NCBI RefSeq assembly: GCF_002571385.2
Contig: NW_019217842.1
Coordinates: forward strand, 586,605 to 650,604
Direction of reading: 5' to 3'
Source of the DNA: Stylophora pistillata
Taxonomy: Eukaryota
Length of the DNA: 64,000 nt
Shown here: piece by piece, positions 37,074-48,164 of the stretch
Layout of the letters: every line of letters begins with the position of its first letter
How positions within the stretch are numbered: position 1 is the first letter of the stretch
Translations under genes and position numbers: made by a program
The notes under the pieces: generated by a model
Database searches by the model: none
What the model was told of the DNA's origin: nothing
What the model saw: the letters and a program-made list of their open reading frames with translations, nothing else

Positions 37074-40000
37074 TCACGGTTGCCATAATTTTAATTGTCC
37101 GTCTTCACTGTACGTGGAAATAAGGTTGTTGTGAGGGTGATGTTCGACGCCTATCACATCCTTATCGTGAACCTGAAATATACCGAAAAACGATTATAAG
37201 CTGTTACATTGGTGTCTATCGTAGGGACTCGTCCAAACCACACATGCGTTGGCAAAATGTTCTGTTCAGCATCAAGGTAATTCGGGCGCGTTATTCTACA
37301 ACAGATAAAACTACCTCCAACGCGAAGGGAAACAAAATATTCGTTTGGTAACAGAGAAGAAAAAAAACAAAATGGAAATAATCCACAAAAAAACGTGGAT
37401 GATTAACAAAGAATGCAAATCGACATTTTCCTCTCTGTAAAAAAATTTTGAAAACTGAGAAATTTATTGAAGATAGAGCATTAAATCGGTTGCCTCTTTG
37501 AGTAAGTGGGGATTATTTTTAACTGCAAAGAACACCAACCCCAAAGAAAACAGCCTTTTCAACGATGTGGTTTGCGATCATGAAAAAGTTGAACAGTTAC
37601 AATTCTTTGTTTTCTTCGTACAAAACATCGGAGGCAAAAACGTACCTCCCAATAGACACTAAATACCTGTAAAGATTGTTCTAGTTTTCCTGTAGAGGCA
37701 CTAAAACAGTACATGACCATATCCTCCCCTACACAGTATATCCATTCTCCCCTTGGGGAGAGGGTACAACACACAAAGTCGCCACCGTCTCTTTTACCAC
37801 TGGTGAAACTACGCACGATCTGAAAATGAAATCCCATTTCAGTAACATCAGGTAATGGAAAATTCTCATGATTTACCTGAAATTTATTGAAGTTGAATTC
37901 GCATAAACCAGAGAGTGGCTAACTTAAAACTTTTAGCAAAGAGACGAATGAAGAATAGATAAATAGATAATTTTTCGCGCATGGGAGAAAACAAAATATG
38001 ATTCCTCGTATGCAATCGAAACCTGGCCCGCGAACAGGTCGCTATTACTAGCATTTCGGCACAAACGTTTTTTCGCCCGCTGGAAACTTCAAGGCCTGGA
38101 GCTACGTGAGCCGGTGAGAGGTCCGCGAGGGCCCAGCGCTGATTCATTGTTATTGCCAGACCTCCGGCAAACCTCTCCCTTCCTTTGGGCGAAGAAATGC
38201 ACGTTCTACAGCGCTAACAAATAATGAGTGTCTGCTCACGGGCTAATCGAGCCCTAGACCTTTTAAGGTCTAGTGCTCTACCCAATAGCTATCAAGGGTT
38301 AATACAAATGCGACAAGGGTCCAGCTCTTGCTCGAATCATCAGCAAAAGAATCGAAATCGAATAGAAAATGTCGCGCATGTAGCAGATATTAGATCGGTC
38401 GTCAGATAAAAATATGCCATGACCCCTACCTGTCCTTGCATGTTCATAACCAGTACCGTACTCGTCCTGTTGCACACCACAAACTGTTCAGGATTTCTTG
38501 GCATCACATGCACAGAGTTCACCGTGATATCAGTGGCTACACTCCCTACTGACGGCTTGAACGTGTGAAGACACTCGGTTGTTTTTATATTCCAAAGCTG
38601 ATCATAAAATGCACACGAAAAAGCTGTAGAATCAGGCATTGTAGAGTACTAAAGCGAGCGCGATGAAAATTGAACGACTACATCTTTAACAACATTACAT
38701 TTGCTTGTTTTAAGCACATAGCAGCAAGGTGAGTTTCACTTCTGTGCTTTCTCTGCGTGCAAACAATTTATCATGCATAAAAAAATTATCTGTCTCTTAT
38801 TTTTATGAAGACTACGTTCTACTTTTCTCCTAAAATCCCTTTGTTCGCAGAAAGAGCTTTAATGTAGATTCACGATTTCACTTGATTACCTTAACAGTAC
38901 CATCGCTACTCGCACTGATGATGTTGTGAGCATCTGTTGTAAAAATAGCGTCATTTACGAACGATGTATGTCCACGGAATTCCTTTAGGGTCTTGCCAGA
39001 TTTTAACCCGTGCATTCTGCAGAGGTAACATAAAAAATAAGAGTCGAGATAGAGAAAACAGTAAAAGCAGAGTTGTGTTCAAAATTTAAACTAGCTATTT
39101 GAAATCTACTACACAAGTGGAACTGATTAATAAGGAAAGTACAAAAACATTTTTTTAAAAACATCGGTCACAAGAATTGCCTTTGCAAGTTTTTATCCTA
39201 CTCAAATGTCCACCGCACTTAATGCTCTCTTCTTAGGACAGCTGCAAACTCTCGGATTTTGTCTAACGTGTCTTGTTTCCGTCAAATTTTTCACCGGGAG
39301 GGCTGCGTTTTAGATACAACAGGTAAATTGTACATCGTTTTCATTGTTAAAATATTTATATGTGGGTGTTGTATGCCAATGGAATATGCTGCGTCCATAA
39401 AGGAGAGAGCAAGGCATGTTTCGCATAGACCGTATTTGGAATGAGTGTCGCAAAGCGAAAGTAATCATAAACGCCAATCAGAACAAAGATCACTTCAGGG
39501 GCCAATGAGAACTCAAATGAGCATCAAGCGCGCGAAAACGTGAAAGACCAAGTGACGATTGGTTTCAATTTTGCATCTGATTGGTTGGAGGGTAACGCGA
39601 TTTTCTCATGTCAATCACTGAGCGCAACCGAGCAACACTACCAGAAAAATTTGGTTTACTTCGATAATCAGTCGCAAACTGCCTCATGGGACAAGCATCA
39701 CGTATATGTAGACACACCTTATTGTCATATCAAAAGAACCGCTCAACAGCTGACTAGCATCGCGAGAAAATGTTACACAAGTAACTCCTTTGGCGTGAGC
39801 CTTCTCAAAACGCCGCAAGCACTGACCAGTTTGTAACTTCCACACCTGAAAATACAATCATGGCATTCAATCACACTGAGAGAGGAAAAAAAGGAACAAT
39901 TCAGGATGGGGCACAAAATAGTCCAAAACAAAGCTAACCCTTTAACTCCCATGAGTGACCAAGACATAATTTCTCCTTACATTATCAATACAATATCAAG

Positions 40001-43000
40001 CAGAAAAGTGATGAGAATACAGAAAAATATCAAGCAGGGGATTATTAGTTGATCCAATACCAAATTCTCTGAACCAACATCAAAAGATGTATATGGCAGA
40101 CTGTAAGGAGAATTACAAATGAAATCTTGAAAGTGAAACTGATAATAGAATAACAAAAACAAAGGAACACCATAACATGCAAAGAACACCTGAGAGAAGG
40201 AATAAAACAACATGAAGATAATATGAATCTTGCTAAAATTAATACAACAGGCTTCACTTGAACTTCTGCTTAACTCCACTTCCCTTGAAATGCATTGTCA
40301 GTTGTTTTTTTTTTTTACCAGTTAACTCTAAATCCCTGTTATCACAAAATATTTCCCATTTCCCTTAACAGGTCAAGATGAAGATTCTATTGTAAAAGTT
40401 GAGGACACCTGGTCTTTCTTCACCTCCTCTTCATCATCTCCATATGCATTGCCACGATCATAATGATTGTGTATCATTGTTGTGTGTTCAATTATGAACT
40501 CAGCAGTTTTGATAAAACTTTCGCTCCGCCAAAGGGCTAACACTTGAAACATCAGCTTTTGTAATCGTTACAGTGGCCAATTTACCATTTCAACTTTGTT
40601 GATATATCCAAATTATTTCGTTACTCCCACCGACGCAGCCCCAAACAGTTTCTTTCGAAACTATCAGCCTTTATTCATAGTTTAGATAAAAGCTGGTTAC
40701 CGGTTATGGAAAAAGTTGTTGAAGCCCCTGAAACAACCACTTCTTATCGTGTTCCATCTGTACGTTTACAGACATTACCTCAATAAAACAATGTAAAATC
40801 ATATAGTACCTTAAGCTTTCCATCTTGTCCCGCGGATGCTAACATTTCACTATCTCGACTGAAGGATAAACACAATACAGAGTCATCCATCATCATGAAG
40901 TTATCTTGAGCTTGGTATTTGAGATCCTTTCGGATCTTTCCTGTTGTAAAGTTCCACACCTCAATAAAACCATCCACACTCCCAGTCACCAAGTACTGTC
41001 CATCAGGAGAAAACTTGACACACTCAGGGTGTGATTTGGCCCCAAACTGAGCGAAAAATAAGTACACATATGTCCATTAAAAATTTGTCACAGTTTCTTT
41101 TTTGTTTCACCTCATAACTTGACACAGTATCTTCAGTTGATTTGGCTACTCTACTCACAACCAAACATTTAAATGTGGGGGAAAAAAACTTTCAACACTA
41201 GTGTGTATCCAGTTAGATTAAATCTGTCAGGTTTATAAAATATAATAATAGTCTTCTCTGCATACCTTGATGGTTCTGTTTAGTTGAGTTGGATATCTCT
41301 CCTCCTCTTCATCTTTTACAGCAGCTTTCCCACGAAAAACATCAATAGTAGTTCCAGGTGGAAGAAGACCTTGATACTGCTGCCATTTGAGTGCTTGACT
41401 TAGCAGTGCCAACAGACGAGATGGCGGTACAACTGACACCTCACCTGACAAGGCTGCAAAATGGTGAAATGACAATTCTCAACACAACACACAACTCCAA
41501 ACCAATATATAATAAATGATATAATTTATCTGCATTTGCATTTGCATTTGCATTTGCTCTGACAAAACCTTTAAAACAATGCCCAATTATAATTATAATT
41601 GGTCATTGGTATGCTTGGTATTTACCATACCACAAACATTGTATGCATATAATAAAATACTTCAATAACAATTTTGCTGTTTACATAAGATAAATACCAT
41701 ATTTTTTCTGTCATTTGGCACCTTTGGTTATAAGGCCCACCCTGAATTTTTGAACTTGTTTCTTTCAAGTTATTGGATGCAACCTCAACTTGGGCTTTTT
41801 CACTAATTCACTTTCAATGACCACTATTCCTAGCCTTTAATTTATTTACCTTTTGTTTCATACTACATTAAAGTTAAAAAATTGGACATTCTTGAATTTC
41901 ATTGCATGAAAATACCTGGGTGATCAGGCACATTTTTTTTGAAAAAAAAAAACTGCACCTTACAACTGAAAAAATACAGTAATGCTTAATTTCATGATAC
42001 AAACATACACACCTTGTGCTATTGCTGCTCTCCTGCGTTCTTTACTACCACCCTCTGGGTATGCCTAAAAGGTTAATTGGAAAAAGAATTGAAAATTATA
42101 TTTTCAGCATTGTGCCATTGTCACTTGGGGGGAAGGCAAAGGGAACTAGAGGCCCTGTGTTCCCCCAGGAAGAGCAAAGATTGCCAGTAATCTAATTTTA
42201 TCTGTCGTGCCATTAAGAGGCTCCCATGTTCACATTTTCGAACTAATAAAGTGTTCATTAAATTTCAAGTGGCTTACCTCTCTGGGATCAAAATAAGAAC
42301 GGGCCAACATGTTTTCGAGATGGAGATATCGATCAGGCTGTTGTTGCTTCAACATGATCATGGGATCTGTTTGGCGTAGTAATGATCTTGCAGCTCCTAG
42401 TTCTCGCAACTCAATGAGCTCCAAAACAATCTACATCAGAATTATAAAACAAGTTCAAATGTCAATGACAATGCGAATAAAGAGGAGGAGAGGAAATGTG
42501 CTGTTTCAATGATTAACAGTTTTCATGTTGTGGTTTAATAAAAGTGACCAATGTAGAAAGATTTCTCCTACCTGTTCATACAGGTCAATAAGTTTCTTGT
42601 CAGGTAGCTTTAGTGGCTGAATGGCCTGTAAGACTGTATCCCAGTGGCCATTGTTTATTTCTCCTACAAAACTTTCTACACTGTCAACAGTGTTCAAGGT
42701 TATTCCAGTTTCTTCCTGCAGGAAACATGAGAAACCAAGTATTTTCATATTGCTAACAGCACATCAGTGGAAATCATAGGGATTCCAATTCTCGCATTTG
42801 TGGCAAGTGAGCACTTCCAGGTGCATACTGAAGGAAATTCACTGATACTTTCATTAAGTCACATTTCTCCAAGCTGTTATCATTACTAAATATATACCTG
42901 CAAAGTTGCAAGGGTTCTTGGTAAACTGTTTTCTTTCAGAAATTGTTGGATCAGTCGGATCACACTGAAATTCAAATCAGGTCGTAATATTACTAAACTT

Positions 43001-43772
43001 TGAATTGATTAGACACTGCAGATTAAAAATAGCTGAGTGGCTCTCAGAATGACACATAATTTAGGTCCTTGATTTAATCTGAGCCCTGCTCTGAGATCCA
43101 TCTGGATTTGTATCTCAGTTTTCCCAGGTTTGTATCCTAAACTTCTCTTGTAGATAGCAGTCTGGTTTTCCGCCGAGAGTTAGTGTTTCTTATCATGTTA
43201 CATTGTACCTTAGATAAAATCGATGACCGTGCATTACTGAGTGAGGCGATCACATAAAAAAAAACTAGCCAGCATTAAGTAGCTTAATGCCCTTTAAAAT
43301 AAATTATGCACTCCTTAAGGCTACAATTACAACTGTTGTTTTTCTGGAACTAACAACGCTACGATAATATAATTTGGTAAGTTGACTCTGAGCTGCATGA
43401 TCAATAGAGAGCATACAAGACAATCGTTCTTAAAACATATTTACTTCGTCGCTTTTTCCTTACTACAGATCAAATCAAAGAATTGTTGCACTTCCTATCA
43501 TGACAGGAATTTTCCCTCTTCTCGTTCTGTCAAAATAATTGTCGCAGCACTGACTTTCATAATCAGTGTCGCTTAATTTTGTCCCCACACGTGGTTACTT
43601 TTAGGACAATTTCCCCGTTAACTCAGCTCTCTCAACAAAATAAAGCGATGATCTAGGTAATTAAAACAATCCACTATTTGATGAGAGGTAATGGATGAAC
43701 TTCAGCATTTCATACGCACAGAAAAACAACAATAAAGTTCACTTACTCCGCAGACTCAACTTCAAGCGCCAT
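37074..43772 (-). CDS. SMU1: WD40 repeat-containing spliceosomal protein SMU1, 513 aa, 12 exons
   Basis: Exons 43772-43747, 42964-42898, 42715-42572, 42430-42278, 42064-42013, 41453-41266, 41046-40810, 39845-39718, 39016-38890, 38597-38430, 37819-37667, 37172-37074 (1542 nt, open). LisH/CTLH N-terminus ([13 protein letters not shown]...), [49 protein letters not shown]-terminus [12 protein letters not shown]. Confidence 0.98.
40522..40679 (+). mobile_element. Penelope-like repeat fragment with a degenerate hammerhead, in a SMU1 intron
   Basis: Homologous to 59607-59757; core mutated (gctccgccaaagggctaacacttgaaacatcagc). Confidence 0.65.
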
Positions 43773-44154
43773 CTTGGTACAGCGTAACGCAAGGCATACT
43801 GGGTATTGTTACAAATATGAACAAGACGGGTGGGAGCTTGACACAAATATTGTGTGGTATGGAATTTTCAGAAAAATGTCCTTTTTATTTTTAAAAACAA
43901 AGTCACAAATTAATTGTTGTTTTACAAAAATTCTCGAAACACACCATAAGCAAACTCTGTAAAAAAAGGGAGTAAAGCATAGAAGGTGTTCTACCTTATC
44001 CGAGAGAGCCCCCCTTCCCCCGAGTAAAAAGCTTCTCTAACCTTCAGCCCCTCTCTCGAGTCCGGTCTTTTCCGTTCCTCCCCGAGACTAGTGGGTTCGG
44101 GAAGGAGCGCGGGCTCCGGTTCCCGAGCAGCGGCTAGTAATCGAGCCTATCAAG
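43773..44154. promoter_or_regulatory. Bidirectional promoter between SMU1 and the MIF4G-domain gene
   Basis: Divergent ATGs are 382 bp apart. ZNF143/Staf-like AACAATACCCAGTATGCC (minus strand, 43793-43810). Both starts sit in CAAGATGGCG (YY1/TISU-like). Confidence 0.7.
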
Positions 44155-45858
44155 ATGGCGGCCGTAGCACGAGGCCGTGGTCGAGGTAGAGGTGGATTTG
44201 GAATACCAAACCCAGGCAAACCGGGAGAAAAAGCTGACCAACAGACAGATATTTCATCAGAAAATTCGTCTAATGAATTTGATTTGACGAGGGTGCTGAA
44301 CGATCTAAGAGAAAACAATTTGGACACACAAGTTGAGAAAATTTCACAACATATCACACAATCTAGTTCTTCGACGAAACTCAAGGACGTCGTTGATCTG
44401 TTAATTCAGCAGACGATCAAGAAGAGCTATTTTGCACCTCTAGCTGCCAGAGCTGCCAACAAGCTTTGCTCTGATGAATCATTTGGAAACGCATTTAGAG
44501 GCGATCTAATGAAAACTACTCAAGAAAAATATAAGAAGAGAGAAAGTATTCGTGCAAACTCCACTAGCGAATGGATCGGGCTAGCGTGTTTTATTTGCGA
44601 ACTTTTTCATCACCTTCGTACCGGCGACTCCCCGATAAGAGTCCTAGCAGCAGCGGTGCACCAGACAATGAGCGAACTACTATCAAGTGAAGGACAGACC
44701 AGCAATACTGATGAGGAGCTCGAAGGAGATGAAATAGATTGTTTTTATGATAATTTTAAAGCTGTAGGATCTCTATTAGAAACCGTTAATAAGGTAGGTA
44801 AAAGCAGAGTTTGGTTAGCCCTTAAAACCCAAAGAGTGACCAGCACTCGATTTCTCTTTACATTATCACAGCTGAATCAAACATTGAGGTCAGGAGATAA
44901 AGGAAGTTATCGCTAACCCAAGAAGCTCTGGATTAATTAACAAATCCCTCAGTCAGTACCATAGAAAATGTACAATAAACAGTTTGGGAACATACTTGTG
45001 CAAGGTTGTAAAGGGTGTATTCCTACAAGCCAGATGAACCATCACTACTGGAACTAATCCAATTTCTGCATCATGAAGTGCCAAGGACTCAAGATTATTA
45101 CTTCGTGTTCTGGATGGGATGTCAGTCTAGCAGTGTAGTCTCCACTCCAACCACACCCCACCACCCCCTGCCTCTTTGAATGGCAACATTTTCTGCTCTC
45201 CTAGGTGTGGCTTTACTCCTTAGATACTGTAAGCTTGTAGAGCCGTGTATCTACTCAGTGAAAGTAAGCCAACTAAGAATTACACAAGTTAAAGTCTAAG
45301 GCATTTAAAAGCATCAACTCAATAATGATGATTAGTAGTAGATGAATATGCATTGACTGTTGTTCATTGTAGAAACAGACACATTCAAACTTAAATATGA
45401 AAATTTTTAAATCTTTAAAATTTATGAAATATTTAAAATTTTAATTACCACTTACCACTGGCTAAGATTGCTAGAACTGGTTGCTACCTTCTTGTTATGG
45501 TGGATGAAAAGATTTTGTTAAGATGAGCCTCTTTATGCTAGCGAATCTTTTATGTGTCCATATCCAAACCTTGGTCTAAGGAAACAGTCCTGTTCTCTAT
45601 CAGTGGTAGTCATTTGGATTAATTTGACTATCAGTGTGTAACTACTTTTTTTTGTTATTGTTATTTTTTGGATAGGAGAAAGTGGAAGAACTCTTGGGAA
45701 GAATGAGGGACACCATACTTGCTGATGACTCATCTGCCAAGACAAGATGTCTGTTATTGGAATTGCTTGAGCTCCATGCGGGACATTGGGCCATTCCTTC
45801 CAAAGTAGAGGACTATTTTAGTGATAAGCTAGCAGATATCATGGCCAGTGAATCATGA
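44155..45858 (+). CDS. MIF4G-domain protein (MIF4GD/SLIP1-CTIF-PAIP1-like), 273 aa, with an N-terminal RG/RGG motif
   Basis: Exons 44155-44793 and 45676-45858 (phase 0; 822 nt, open). MIF4G features FAPLAARAANKL, FRGDLM, W.G...FICELF, RCLLLELLELHAGHW. Exact orthologue not assigned. Confidence 0.85.
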
Positions 45859-47031
45859 TATTATTTAAAACTTTTGAAATTTGGCTTTCACTTTGAGAGA
45901 ATCACAAATCTGCAGGAGATACAGAGAAATTAAATTGAATTTTTTATTTCAAACAATACAATGTGTTTGCTTTGTTTAAGAAATAATATTTGATTTTGTT
46001 CACCAGTGTTTCAAAATCTTAGAGAGAAACTTTACTGCATGTGTGAACCAACGTTTGCAAATGATAATATATGATTTTGTGACCACAACACTTTGTCCCT
46101 GATTTTATATCACCGAGCAGTCAATAAACATTATTCTTCAATTTATTAAAATATTGTAACAAAAGTGTTTGTCAGCCTCTGTTCAAGCTATTGAGATACC
46201 AGTAGGCAAGGTTAGCAACAGAAGCAAGGTGCGCTGACATTTAGCTCACTGGTTTGTAAGAGAAATGGCTTAAGCTATAGACTTTGTGAGGCCACTTGTG
46301 ATCTCAGGGAATGTAATACAGTCACAAAGTCTCTCTCCACCATCCACCAATGAATATTTACTGGTTATGATTGCTCCAGTAAAATGTTGGGAAAACCCAA
46401 TGAATGGGGAAGGAAGGGAAGGTCTTGCATGTGATAGACCAGCATTCTATACAGGAGGGAGGGGGGAATTACCTGGTGGGTCTCATCCCGCTCTTATATT
46501 AGGAAACAATAATTACAGATAACCACGTAAGAGCCATACAGAGTAGTGCAAGTAGTTTCATAGCTCCTCCCGTTCCAGCATATGACATATTGAAATCCAG
46601 AAAGTTAGAGGAAGGGAAGAAAGAGATAGAGCTTAAGTTTACTACACAATAACATGCCTATTGGTGGACTAAGGTTGGGCTGGAAGGGAAAATATTTGGC
46701 TCAGGGCCATAACATACAGACCTCAAGCCAACTATTCTGCCGTGGAGCCCTCCCTTTTAGTCAATTAACACGTGGTACTCTAGGTAACTGTGTTGCGTTT
46801 CTTTACGTTCGTCAACTGCATGTACAAAATAACGAAAGAAAGAGGGAGCTGTTGCGTACGAGATCATTTAATTCACATCTTCGAATTCACTTCGTGTGAC
46901 TTTGTGGTGGTAATTGGTTTGAACTGCTCGATTCTGCAAAATCTGAAAATGAAGGGAACATTTGTAGGCTCGATTATCAGTCGCTGTTTGGGAAGCGGAG
47001 CCCGCGCTCCTCCCTTCCTCCTCATTTCGGG

Positions 47032-47503
47032 CACAGGCGGCCCAGGTTCTATCGCAAGCTCTGTCACAGGCTCGTGACAGTGGATTATTATAGAGTTTGT
47101 ATAGTGGTTTAGTTGGACTTGCTTTTGAGCTCCGTAGATATAAAGTTGTGTGAAATAATCAAAGAAATAAAGTCTTACCTTCATACAGAGTAGTCTGTGC
47201 TGTTCTTGTCGCGATTTGAGGCCGTTTTGCTGCGTTTCAGCTTAACGTCCTACCTTTTATTTGGTAGTTATTTGGTAGTGGTAGGACGTTAAGCTGAAAC
47301 ACAGCAAAACGGCCTCAAATCGCGACAAGAACAGCATAGACTACTCTGTATGAAGGTAAGACTTTATTTCTTTGATTATTTCACACAACTTTATATTTAC
47401 GGAGCTCCAAAGCAAGTCCAACTAAACCACTCTACAAACTCTATAATAATCCACTGTGAAAGAGCCTGTGACAGAGCTTGTCACAACGCCTGGGCCGCCT
47501 GTG
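47032..47503. repeat. Foldback inverted repeat, about 220-bp arms and a 25-bp spacer
   Basis: 47032-47254 pairs with 47280-47503. The ORF track shows the same peptide (MKVRLYFFDYFTQLYIYGA) on both strands. Confidence 0.9.
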
Positions 47504-48164
47504 TTTCGGGAAGGGCGAAAAAGACCGGACAGAAAAAATAAATGATAAGAAATTCTGCTTCAGTTTTCGAAATTGTGGAAGGATCTTCTATACTGTAGTT
47601 CAGGATCCTATCCGTTGCCATGTTAGGATCGCATCTCTGCCAAAAACCTTCAAATAACATCAGTTTTACATAAAAAGAAAAGAAATCTAGCAACACTTAA
47701 ATAATACTCTCACCGTCTTTTTAAACACAGAATCGAAAGTCGTCTTTTTTTTTACCTTACGAAAATAAATTAATTTTTAATCAGTACTGTTCCTCTTGTA
47801 CTGTACAACATATAACACCAAGCACAAAGATGCAGAACGTTAACTAGAAAACAGCATGGCTACTCGGGAAAGAGCATGGTCAGGGCTGAACCGACTGGGT
47901 ATCTTCAATCAGTCTGCTGTGTCGCTATGGAAACCCTACGAACGTGTCAGGTAACGCGTGATTATTTTGTACGACGATAATTACGACTTCATTTGCATTT
48001 GCAATAAGAAAATTAGTGCAAATAAAAGGAAAAGGAAATGGGCTCTTTGCCCTTGGGCGAATAAGAAGTGGACGCTTCCATTAGGCCTGATGTTCAAGTC
48101 CTGTTCGATTGGATCTGTTTTTGTCAGATATATTTCCTGAAGGTTGCGTCGAACAAGAATTTGA

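Noticed and set aside
46873-47541. Two ORFs beginning MKVRLYFFDYF as duplicated genes
   Set aside because: Mirror translations of the foldback arms; no coding features.
48162-48164. Selenocysteine codon in MS4A-like gene A
   Set aside because: No recognisable SECIS or redox motif; kept only as a uORF/readthrough question.
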